DNA of 64,000 nt. It comes from an uncultured Gemmatimonadales bacterium. GTDB taxonomy: Bacteria; Gemmatimonadota; Gemmatimonadetes; Gemmatimonadales; Gemmatimonadaceae. The stretch lies in NCBI GenBank assembly GCA_963850905.1, contig CAWKMU010000003.1, positions 1,184,001 through 1,248,000 on the forward strand, in the 5' to 3' direction. Position 1 is the first letter of the stretch, and each line of letters starts with the position of its first letter. The notes under the pieces were generated by a model, which made no database searches, was not told where the DNA came from, and was given only the letters and a program-made list of their open reading frames with translations. A program made the translations under genes and the position numbers. Below are positions 21,278-29,535 of this stretch, piece after piece.

Positions 21278-23329
21278 GTGACAGATCTCGACCAGCTGGC
21301 GCGCCGAGTAGATCAGCTCGAAGGCGTTGTCCGCGCCCTGTATCCGCTCGTCCAACAACTGCGGTCGGAGGTGTCGGCGCTGGGCGTCGCGCGAGGTGCA
21401 ACAGCGAGCGGCATGCCAGCGCAGGCCGTTGCGTCGCATCCGTCAGCGGCGCCGACGCCGCCCCCAGGACCGCAACCGCCACCGATCCGTCAGGCAGCGG
21501 ACGCTGCGACCCCACTCGCACCCTCTGCTGAGCGCGTCGCTCCTCCGATCCCACCGTCACCCGGCACGGCCGCCCCAGTGCGGCGCACCGCGCTGCCCTC
21601 CAGTGATGTGAGTCTCGAGGCGGCCGTCGGACGATACGGCGCGTTGGGGTTGGCAACCGTGTCGATTCTCCTCGGGGTCGGGGCGTTCGTCCAGTGGGCG
21701 ATTGCACGTGGACTATTGGGCCCCGCGGTCCGCGTTGCTCTTGGTCTCGTGGCGGCGATCGCGGTGGGCGCATTCGGCGCGCGGTTGCGGAATCGCGGCG
21801 CGCGGCGATTCGGTCACACCATGCTTGCCTTGGCGCTCGCCATCGTGCACGTGGATGCCTGGGGTGCGGGACCGACGCTGCATCTCGTTCCTTCGCCGGT
21901 CGCGCTGACAGCCGTTGCGATCGCGTCGTTGGCGCTCGCCTGGCTGGCGCTCCTGGACGGCGAACCAACGATCTTCTCGGTCGGCGTTGGTGGTGCACTG
22001 CTCGCACCGTTCGTGACGTCGAATGGCGAGCCGCACGTCGTGGCACTACTGACGTTTGGCTACCTCGTGATCGCGGCAGCGGTATGGGCGGTGCGCGACC
22101 GCGGATGGGACGTTCCCGTGGCGATCCTCGCGATTGGTTCGGTGGTATACACGGCGGCCGCGAGCGAGATGCCGCAGCCCGATTGGGCAGCGGCGCGGGC
22201 GTTCCTCCCCCAGGCGTTCGCGCTCGCCTGCGGCGGCACGGGCTTGTTCGTTCTACCGGCCCGTCGGCGGTCGACACTCGCGCAAGGTGCCTTGATCGGT
22301 CTGTGGGAATCGCTGGCGCGGCTCACGGTGCACGGCTCGCTGCCCACTGCGGTCGTCGGCAGTGCTGCGCTCGGAACAATCGTGGCGTACGCCTCATTGC
22401 CCGGCCTCGGTGATGCGACGCTGCGTACCCTGCTCGGCGGCTGCCTGCTGCCGCTCGCACTGTTGGGTGACGCGGTATGGGCTGTTCCTCCGACGGCGGG
22501 CGATCGCGCGGCCGTGACAGCGATGTGGGCGGTTGGCGCCGGCATTGCGGCCGCGCTCTACGGGCGGCTGGCAGCGACCGCGGGCTCGACCGACGCATCG
22601 CTGCGGACAGGCCGCTCAGTCGCAATCGCGATGGCTGGACTGGAAGGCGGCGCAGCGATCGTGATTGCGTATGGGCAATACCACCCAGTGCTCACGATTG
22701 TACTCCTGAGCGGCTACGGCGCCTTGCTGTCGACGATCGCAGTGCGGCGGGAATGGCCGAGCGCGTTCGTGCCCGTATTCGTCGTGCTCGCGACGGCCGC
22801 CGTCTGGGCCTGGGTGCGGCTGACGGCCCGGGTTGACTATGTGTACACGCCGTTCTTGACGCGCCCGTCCGCTGCGGCCGCAGCGTCCGTCGTGGCGTGG
22901 ATCGTGTCGGTCGCTGTGCTCAGTCGCGCTCCCTGGCTCGAGCCGTCGCGCCGGCCCGGAGTTGCCGCCGCAGCGGACGAATCGGTGCTGCAGTTCCTGC
23001 AGGCGGTACCGGTGATCGCCGGTTTTCTTTGGATCCGACAGGAACTGTCGGGGGCGGTATCGCCTGAGGTCGCGACGTTCCTGCTGATTGCGTACTACGC
23101 CGTTGCCGGCGTGGGCGCCGTCTTTGTGGGACGGGTGCGCAATATCCCGCCGCTCCGACACGCGGGACTCGCGGTAGCGGTGTACGCAGCGATCAAAGCC
23201 GTCGGCGAAGCCGCGCATCTCAGCGTTGCCCTCCGCATCGGCGGCTATCTGCTGGCGGGTGCCTTCCTACTCACGGTGGCCTTCTGGTATCGGGCGGCGG
23301 ACGATCTCGCCCCTACGGGACGCGTATAG
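21278..23329 (+). CDS. DUF2339-family polytopic membrane protein
   Basis: N-terminal coiled coil, Pro-rich linker, 'SLEAAVGRYG...LLGVGAFVQWAIARGLLGPAVRVALG', and many TM helices. Confidence 0.8.
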   Translation: MTDLDQLARRVDQLEGVVRALYPLVQQLRSEVSALGVARGATASGMPAQAVASHPSAAPTPPPGPQPPPIRQAADAATPLAPSAERVAPPIPPSPGTAAPVRRTALPSSDVSLEAAVGRYGALGLATVSILLGVGAFVQWAIARGLLGPAVRVALGLVAAIAVGAFGARLRNRGARRFGHTMLALALAIVHVDAWGAGPTLHLVPSPVALTAVAIASLALAWLALLDGEPTIFSVGVGGALLAPFVTSNGEPHVVALLTFGYLVIAAAVWAVRDRGWDVPVAILAIGSVVYTAAASEMPQPDWAAARAFLPQAFALACGGTGLFVLPARRRSTLAQGALIGLWESLARLTVHGSLPTAVVGSAALGTIVAYASLPGLGDATLRTLLGGCLLPLALLGDAVWAVPPTAGDRAAVTAMWAVGAGIAAALYGRLAATAGSTDASLRTGRSVAIAMAGLEGGAAIVIAYGQYHPVLTIVLLSGYGALLSTIAVRREWPSAFVPVFVVLATAAVWAWVRLTARVDYVYTPFLTRPSAAAAASVVAWIVSVAVLSRAPWLEPSRRPGVAAAADESVLQFLQAVPVIAGFLWIRQELSGAVSPEVATFLLIAYYAVAGVGAVFVGRVRNIPPLRHAGLAVAVYAAIKAVGEAAHLSVALRIGGYLLAGAFLLTVAFWYRAADDLAPTGRV

Positions 23330-23349
23330 GGGCGGCCTTCGGGCCGCCC
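23325..23349 (+). repeat. REP-like palindrome (family 1) between convergent genes; possible bidirectional terminator
   Basis: TATAGGGGCGGCCTTCGGGCCGCCC, near-identical to the copy at 24463-24487; contains the TAG stop of the DUF2339 gene. Confidence 0.7.
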
Positions 23350-23354
23350 GGCGG

Positions 23355-24152
23355 TCAATCGCACGCCACCTGATCGTGCGAGGCTTTGTGCCGCTCCGCC
23401 GTCGTGGCGGGAAGTGTCGAGTCGGGAAGAGTGCCGTGCCAATAGACACACGTCCGGCCCGGGAACTGGGCGAAGGATGCTCGTGCAGCCCAGCCGGTCG
23501 ACGTCGCCGCCGAAATGACTACCGTGACGTCGCGATCCCAAATGAATGGATCGAGTGCGTCGATGTTGGTGGTGAAGCGTCGGTGAAATGCGTAGAACCG
23601 CGACTCGCTTTGCGTCAGCTTGTGCAGGGCGTACGTCATGTACGAGCGGCCCGCGGCCGCCCATTCGCCCTTGGTGGTGTATCCATCGCCATCGCATGAG
23701 ACTTCGGCCTCGGGATACACCTTGTGCTCGAGGTCCGTCGTCGGACGCTCGGCGGGCGAGATCTCCCCGACCCAGATCACACAGCTGTGTGGGAGTCCAA
23801 GCCCGTCGCTGTACGCTGCACGCGCGCTCCATCCGTCCGGTCGGGCGCGCGTGATCTGCACGTTGACGCCCGGCGTTGGGTGGAACATCGAGAGATAGGA
23901 CACGTCGGCCGCGTAGGTTCGTCGCGCCCGCCAATAGGTTTCCTGGTCGACGATCAGCTCTCGCAGCTCGCCGCGCACGGAGTACATGGCCTGGTGGCTA
24001 TGAACGTCTTCAATCTCGGCCGAGATGAGCGCCGGCTGCGATGTACCAACTGGTTGCGCGACGGTGCGCGCTTGGGCGCCGATCGAGCTCGGTGCAACGC
24101 ACAGCGCTGCGCCGGCCGCGAAGAGGGCCACCCCGGTGTGGGCTGTGTTCAT
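23355..24152 (-). CDS. Secreted hypothetical protein with two tandem type IV pilin-head-like domains
   Basis: Sec-like signal (…APSSIGA-Q) and an internal duplication: LRELIVDQETYW…GWSARA…C-VIWVG…CD versus LHKLTQSESRFY…GWAARA…C-VYWHG…CD. Confidence 0.7.
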   Translation of the reverse strand: MNTAHTGVALFAAGAALCVAPSSIGAQARTVAQPVGTSQPALISAEIEDVHSHQAMYSVRGELRELIVDQETYWRARRTYAADVSYLSMFHPTPGVNVQITRARPDGWSARAAYSDGLGLPHSCVIWVGEISPAERPTTDLEHKVYPEAEVSCDGDGYTTKGEWAAAGRSYMTYALHKLTQSESRFYAFHRRFTTNIDALDPFIWDRDVTVVISAATSTGWAARASFAQFPGRTCVYWHGTLPDSTLPATTAERHKASHDQVACD

Positions 24153-24346
24153 ACTGAAGAGATTGCTCGTCGAGGGCTCGGGTAACAGCACCGACCGACG
24201 ATCGCGCAATAGATGTCACGCGGATTGCGCGCACAATGGATCTTTGGGCCCACACAGTGTGACAGTTCGGGCGTGGAATGTGACAGGCTGGAACTGCGGG
24301 GTCACGGGCCATCGGTCGGGAACAGCGGCGACGACCTGCAACGACC

Positions 24347-24487
24347 GGGCGGGCTGAAGCCCGCCCCTACATGTCGCTACGGACGCCTCTCGACTCTCAA
24401 TTCGTCGACGCGCGAACGAAATGTCGGTAGAGCGCTTTGGAGTCTGTCGGTGCACGCCGACATGTAGGGGCGGCCTTCAGGCCGCCC
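24347..24487. repeat. Inverted REP doublet (REPIN/BIME-like), family 1
   Basis: The 30-bp arms 24347-24376 and 24458-24487 are reverse complements with 2 mismatches; each contains GTAG followed by a GC hairpin. Confidence 0.8.
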
Positions 24488-24520
24488 GCCGTCGGACCCG
24501 GTCACTGCCCGGTCGTCGTT

Positions 24521-24544
24521 CCCCAGCCCCTGGCCCCTAATCCC
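24521..24544. repeat. Heptamer tandem repeat (CCCYRRY type)
   Basis: ccccagc ccctggc ccctaat ccc. Confidence 0.5.
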
Positions 24545-24564
24545 GCCGTCGGTCCCTAACGCAC

Positions 24565-25557
24565 TTAGCCGGCCTCTACCAGATCCCTCGGCTTATTCCC
24601 CGCAAAGAACGCGGTCAAATTCGAGAGGGCCCGGTCGCCCATGGCGACGCGGGACTCGACCGTTGCGCTTCCGAGGTGGGGAAGGAGCACCACATTGGGA
24701 AGGTCGAGGAGGGACGGCGGGACTGTTGGCTCATTCTCGAACACGTCCAGTCCCGCTGCTGCGATCGTTCCGGCCCGCAGTGCCGCGACCAACGCGTCGG
24801 TGTCGACAATGTCGCCACGTGCGGTGTTGATGAGTAACGCGTGGCGGGGCATGCGCGCGAGCCGCTCGGCGTTGATGAAATGTCGGTTCTCCGGGCTCGC
24901 GGGCATATGCAGCGAAACCATATCGCTTTCCGCGAGGACGGCTTCGGCCGACGCCCGCGGGGACGCGCCGAGCGCTTTAGCCTCCCCGATCGGCACCGGA
25001 GGGTCGAAGTAGATGACGCGCATGCCGAACCCGTCGTGCGCGCGACGGGCTACCGCTCGGCCAATGCGTCCGAGGCCGATAATCCCCAGTGTCTTGCCCG
25101 TGACACGCGTGCCCAGTAGATGCGTTGGCCGCCAGCCCGTCCACTGTCCGGCGCGGAGCTCGCGCGCACCTTCCGATAGTCGACGCGCGGTCATCAGCAG
25201 CAAAGCCATCGTTAGATCAGCGGTGTCGTCCGTGAGCACGTCTGGCGTGTTCGTCACGACAATCCCCAACCGCGAGGCGGTCTCGAGATCGATGTTGTTG
25301 TACCCGACCCCGTAGTTGGCGATGATCTTGAGCCGCCGCGGGCTCGTGTTGAGAGTCGCGGCGGTCACCGGATCGCTGACCGTCGGCACCAGGGCGTCCG
25401 CGGTGCGCACCGCGTCTGCGAGTTGATCGGCAGTCAGCGGCGTATCGTTGGTATTGAGGCGGACATCAAAGAGCTCGGCCGCTCGCCGCTCCACAGCCGC
25501 GGGCAGCCGCCGAGTCATGACGACAACGGGACGCGTCGGATCAGTCGCCGGTGACAA
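24565..25557 (-). CDS. D-isomer-specific 2-hydroxyacid dehydrogenase (glyoxylate/hydroxypyruvate reductase-like)
   Basis: GVGYNNID, VTNTPDVL, GIIGLGRIG, LINTARG, AAGLDVFENEP and PHLGSAT motifs. Confidence 0.92.
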   Translation of the reverse strand: MSPATDPTRPVVVMTRRLPAAVERRAAELFDVRLNTNDTPLTADQLADAVRTADALVPTVSDPVTAATLNTSPRRLKIIANYGVGYNNIDLETASRLGIVVTNTPDVLTDDTADLTMALLLMTARRLSEGARELRAGQWTGWRPTHLLGTRVTGKTLGIIGLGRIGRAVARRAHDGFGMRVIYFDPPVPIGEAKALGASPRASAEAVLAESDMVSLHMPASPENRHFINAERLARMPRHALLINTARGDIVDTDALVAALRAGTIAAAGLDVFENEPTVPPSLLDLPNVVLLPHLGSATVESRVAMGDRALSNLTAFFAGNKPRDLVEAG

Positions 25558-26512
25558 GGCTCAGCGGTGGATTGCGTCGGGCCTGAATCTTGTCTGCCGC
25601 GGCCACGATATTGTGCGCGAGTCGGGTAGACGCCGCATCGATCATCTTGCCATCCAGCTGCGCCGCCCCGCGGCCAGCCGCACTGGCTTCGTCCATGGCG
25701 CGCAGAATCCTGCGCGCGCGATCGATCTCCTCGCGGGTGGGGGTGAATACCTCATTCGCGAGCGGGATTTGCGACGGATGGATCGCCCATTTGCCCTCCA
25801 CGCCGAGTGCTGCGGCCCGCCGCGCCGCGGCCGTGAACCCTTCGCCGTCAGCGAAGTCCCCGTAGGGTCCATCGATCGGGCGAAGTCCATACGCTCGGCA
25901 GGTGACGGTGACTTGGGCGAGGGCGGCGTGCCACGGATCGCCGGGGTAGTCGGGAGTCATGCCACCGATATTCGTAGTTCGCGCCCGCACACTGGCGGCA
26001 AAGTCGGCGACACCAAAATGGAGCGACTCGAGTCGGCGGCTGGATTGGGCAATCGAGTCGATATTCACCATCCCGAGAGCGGTTTCGATCAGCACCTCAA
26101 TGCCAATCCGGTGCCGCACGCCGCGCGCTTCCTCCATCTGGGTGAGCAGGACGTCGACCAGATACACGTCGTCGGGCCTGCCGACCTTGGGGATGATCAC
26201 GGTGTCCAGGTACTCGCCCGCGTCTTCGACGATATCGATGAGGTCGCGGTACATGAAAGGGGTGTCCAACCCGTTGACCCGAACCGAGATCGTCTTGCCC
26301 CGATCGCGCCACGGATGATCGCGCAATCCCTTCGCTGCCTGGGCCCGCGCGACCTCCTTCTCGGCGGGGGGAACCGAGTCTTCGAGGTCGAGGAACACGC
26401 AATCGGCATCGCTGTGGAGCGCCTTGGTAAACAGATCGGGCCGCGACGCGGGGACCGATAACACGCTGCGTTGCAATCGACGCGCTGGTCCCTCGGCACC
26501 CGGCTCGCTCAT
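25541..26512 (-). CDS. HpcH/CitE-family CoA ester lyase (malyl-CoA/beta-methylmalyl-CoA lyase-like)
   Basis: RLQRSVLSVP, FLDLEDSV, SVRVNGLDT, LIETALG, LHFGVADFAAS, DGPYGDF and EGKWAIHPSQ motifs. Start at MSEPGA. Confidence 0.88.
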   Translation of the reverse strand: MSEPGAEGPARRLQRSVLSVPASRPDLFTKALHSDADCVFLDLEDSVPPAEKEVARAQAAKGLRDHPWRDRGKTISVRVNGLDTPFMYRDLIDIVEDAGEYLDTVIIPKVGRPDDVYLVDVLLTQMEEARGVRHRIGIEVLIETALGMVNIDSIAQSSRRLESLHFGVADFAASVRARTTNIGGMTPDYPGDPWHAALAQVTVTCRAYGLRPIDGPYGDFADGEGFTAAARRAAALGVEGKWAIHPSQIPLANEVFTPTREEIDRARRILRAMDEASAAGRGAAQLDGKMIDAASTRLAHNIVAAADKIQARRNPPLSLVTGD

Positions 26513-26642
26513 CGACTGGGACCCGTTTCCGCCGCCCGCATGCCGCATGCGCAGATCCCCTGTGGGTCCAGACCCGCCTTTCGATGCAATACCAAAGGGG
26601 GGCGGGCAAGCGCGCACGCCCGGTCCCCGCGTGCGCTCTTTG

Positions 26643-26834
26643 TCAGCGGACGAGCGCCTCGACCTCCGCCGCCTTACACCTGTTTTCGTGATCTGGATAG
26701 GCATGGCCGCAATGAATGCACTGCTCGCCGAAGCCTGTCCGCTTCCATACCAGGTAATACACTGCACGTTGGAGCGCGGCAATCCGCTCGTTGACCTGAC
26801 GGGCGTCCGCGTCTGTGTTCGATGATGAAGGCAT
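26643..26834 (-). CDS. Small (63 aa) putative Zn-binding protein
   Basis: CIHCGH...H...C motif; preceded by the TATTTT-N6-ATG leaderless signature. Confidence 0.65.
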   Translation of the reverse strand: MPSSSNTDADARQVNERIAALQRAVYYLVWKRTGFGEQCIHCGHAYPDHENRCKAAEVEALVR

Positions 26835-26879
26835 GGGGGGAAAATACAGGGGTCAGAGGGCGGGCGCTAATCGCGCCCG

Positions 26880-26915
26880 AGATGAGGAGACAGGGGAAAG
26901 GGGAAAGGAGACGGG
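26880..26915. repeat. Purine-rich heptamer tandem repeat
   Basis: gagatga ggagaca ggggaaa ggggaaa ggagacg. Confidence 0.45.
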
Positions 26916-26917
26916 CA

Positions 26918-29398
26918 CTAATCCCTGCCGCCTAAAACCTGTAATTCCGCCATCGATGCTCGACGGGGTGCGGGCTCAGGCACGTTCGGTCCTTTAATCG
27001 TCCGCCACAGGATGTGGTTGAACAACGCCTCGTCCGCCCGATCGGCGTCGCTCAGGTCCAGCGACGCGGACTCGCGGGCTTCGGCGCCGGTCGCGGGGTT
27101 GCGCTCGTTGAGATCGATTTGCGGTGTCAGAGCAACGAACGGTTGCAGATCGGGCTTCGTCCCAAACGCATCGCGCAGCGGGCGGCCGAAATAGTCGTAC
27201 GGCGAGAGCGCGCTCAGCCCGAGGATCTCCTCGATCGTTGCCAGCACGTCGGTGGTATTGGCGAATCGATGGATCACTCCGCCGCGGCTGTACGCCGAGA
27301 CCGCGAGGAATGGCGACCGATGCGAGTCAACGTGGTCGGCGCCGTTCTGCGCATCGTCCTCGAGAACGAACACGACACTCGACGGCCAGAAAGGCGACTT
27401 TGACAGCGCCTCGATCATGCGGCCGAGGGCCAGATCGTTGTCGGCGACATAGGCGCGAGGGGTCCGAGCGCCGGCTTGCGCGCCGGCAGTGTGGTCGTTC
27501 CCCAAGTGCACGACCTCCAGCGCCGGCATCGATCCTTGCTGGCTGAACTGCTGCAATTCGGCGATCCACGCGTCGGCCCGACGCTGGTCCCGGACGTGCA
27601 GGTCGAACCCTGCAAACGCAGTGGCCGTGCGGGTCGCAAGCGCTGCCTTCGTCGGGATGGCGGGGGCTGGCAGCGTGTCGTTCACGGAACGGTTGCGCGG
27701 TTCGACGACGAACTCGCCATAGTCGCGCACCACGAGACCCTTTCGAATGGCCAGGTCCCAGATGTATCCCGCGGATGGTGCGGCGACGTCGTCGCCGTCG
27801 GGCGGTAGCGAATCGCGATTTGTCCCTTCGAAGTCATACGTGCGGCCGCGGCGCGAATACTGGGAGGGGACTGTCTTCTCGACGTAGTCCGTCGCGTAAG
27901 CGGCCGTCGACCAGTTGTGGCCATCGCCACTGACTTCCGCGTTCACGAAGAAGCGGTCCCAGAGTCCGAAGCGCTCCGCGAGTGCGTGATGGTTTGGCGA
28001 GACGGCTCGGGGGAAAAACACCAACGCGGTGTCCCCGTCTCCCCTGGGCATGTCACCAAAGACCTGGTCGTACGTCCGGTTCTCCTTGATGACGTAGACC
28101 ACGTGCTCGAAGGGCGGATACAACGACCGCGGGTTGGCCGGTGGCGCTGGGCCATCCCAGCCGTTGAGGTGCGCGACGCGTGCTGTGTACGATGCGAGCT
28201 CTGCGAGTGCCGAGGGTGGGATGACCGTCAGAGTACCGGCGATCTGGCCCAGGGTATAGCCCTGAGGATTCGTGGGCTGCCCCGGGCGCGGACCCAACTG
28301 GGCGTTCGGCCCTGTGCCGCGACCCTTCCCGTTGATGGCCAGAAGCGTATCGCCGCGAGTCGCGAGGACCGCCGAGGGGTACCACCCGACCGGGATGCGG
28401 CCGACCGGGACCGCACCGCCAGGAGGTGTGCGTCCACCCAGGCGGAACACGGCGATCGCGTTGTTGTCGGCCTCGGCTACGAACAGACGGTTGCCATCCG
28501 CCGACATTGCGAGCCCGTCCGGCGTGCTGCCCTCGCGCGTTGGTGATGCCGGCGCATCGCTCAGCCAGGCGATGACCGATCGTGCCCGGGTATCGATTAC
28601 GTCGATGCGATCCGTGCTCGCCGAGGCCACGAAAAGGCGACTCTGATCGGGCGAGAACACGAGCGCAGAGGGGTGACGCGAAACGCGAATCCGGCCAGCT
28701 CCAACGAGCGTGTCGCCGCTCCCGGGGCCAAACACGGAGACGGTGGTTCCACCCCACGCTGACACGTAGACCGTGCCGTCACGAGACACGGCGATTCCGT
28801 AGGGATATCGCTCCGTTGCGAGGCGTTGCACCACGCGCCCCGTGGCCAGATCCACCACGGCGAGTGCATCGCCCAGGTTTTCTGCGACGTAGAGCGTCCG
28901 CCCGCTAGGCGACAGCGCAATGCCGGCCGGGTACCGAGTGCCCGAACTGTGTGCCGGCTTCTCCGCGAGCACGACGCTATCGGCAAGGGCGGCGCGCCCC
29001 TCGCTCCATGTGTAGCGGTACACGACGTCCTGGTTCCCTCCGGATGCGTAGAACGCGCGGCCGTCGGGAGCGAAGACGAGTCCAATGAACGCCGCGGGCT
29101 GACTCAGCGTCTGCAGGACCGCGCCGCTCGAACGATCGATTACCTGTACCCCCTGCTCGCGCCATCCGTCGAGCAGCAGGACAACACGCGTGCTGTCGGG
29201 TGACAACACCGCCGCCAACGGGAAATTCCCGACGTCGTACGAACGCCCTGCGGGATCGAGCCGAACCCCGGTCGGAAGCCGACCGGGAGCGAGCGTCGCG
29301 GTCATCTGCTCGTCGCGCCCCGGTTGGCCGCCATGAGAGCACCCTCCCAGGAGGAGGACAGCGGCGACCAGCGGGACCGAAATTTCACCGAATCGCAT
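26918..29398 (-). CDS. Lipoprotein with a YncE/YVTN beta-propeller and a phosphoesterase (alkaline phosphatase superfamily) domain
   Basis: Lipobox LLLGGC; repeated P.G.A.S.DG..LYV blades; HVVYVIKENRTYDQVFGD, NDHT, DNDLALGR and EDDAQNGADHVDSHRS motifs. Confidence 0.9.
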   Translation of the reverse strand: MRFGEISVPLVAAVLLLGGCSHGGQPGRDEQMTATLAPGRLPTGVRLDPAGRSYDVGNFPLAAVLSPDSTRVVLLLDGWREQGVQVIDRSSGAVLQTLSQPAAFIGLVFAPDGRAFYASGGNQDVVYRYTWSEGRAALADSVVLAEKPAHSSGTRYPAGIALSPSGRTLYVAENLGDALAVVDLATGRVVQRLATERYPYGIAVSRDGTVYVSAWGGTTVSVFGPGSGDTLVGAGRIRVSRHPSALVFSPDQSRLFVASASTDRIDVIDTRARSVIAWLSDAPASPTREGSTPDGLAMSADGNRLFVAEADNNAIAVFRLGGRTPPGGAVPVGRIPVGWYPSAVLATRGDTLLAINGKGRGTGPNAQLGPRPGQPTNPQGYTLGQIAGTLTVIPPSALAELASYTARVAHLNGWDGPAPPANPRSLYPPFEHVVYVIKENRTYDQVFGDMPRGDGDTALVFFPRAVSPNHHALAERFGLWDRFFVNAEVSGDGHNWSTAAYATDYVEKTVPSQYSRRGRTYDFEGTNRDSLPPDGDDVAAPSAGYIWDLAIRKGLVVRDYGEFVVEPRNRSVNDTLPAPAIPTKAALATRTATAFAGFDLHVRDQRRADAWIAELQQFSQQGSMPALEVVHLGNDHTAGAQAGARTPRAYVADNDLALGRMIEALSKSPFWPSSVVFVLEDDAQNGADHVDSHRSPFLAVSAYSRGGVIHRFANTTDVLATIEEILGLSALSPYDYFGRPLRDAFGTKPDLQPFVALTPQIDLNERNPATGAEARESASLDLSDADRADEALFNHILWRTIKGPNVPEPAPRRASMAELQVLGGRD

Positions 29399-29436
29399 GG
29401 GACAGGGGGCAGAAGGGGGCCATGGCTCCCGGTGTG

Positions 29437-29462
29437 TGCAAGGCGGCGGCCGGCTGGCGTCT
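29437..29462 (+). promoter_or_regulatory. Possible ECF-type promoter upstream of the VIT-vWA/ECF operon
   Basis: TGCAAG-N15-CGTCT resembles the ECF '-35 AAC / -10 CGTC' pattern; imperfect match. Confidence 0.25.
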
Positions 29463-29535
29463 CCCCAACGTAAGCAATGCGGCGGGGCCGTGGAGTCTTG
29501 TACGGCCATCTGCCGTCAACGCCAGGAGAAACGAT

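Noticed and set aside
23300..24560. RAYT/transposase gene between the family-1 REPs
   Set aside because: The enclosed ORF has a signal peptide and no HUH/Y1 motif; no transposase was found anywhere in the window.
26570..26610. Imperfect hairpin (cccgccttt…aaaggggggcggg) upstream of the CoA lyase as a riboswitch
   Set aside because: No recognisable aptamer consensus; at most a weak terminator or attenuator.
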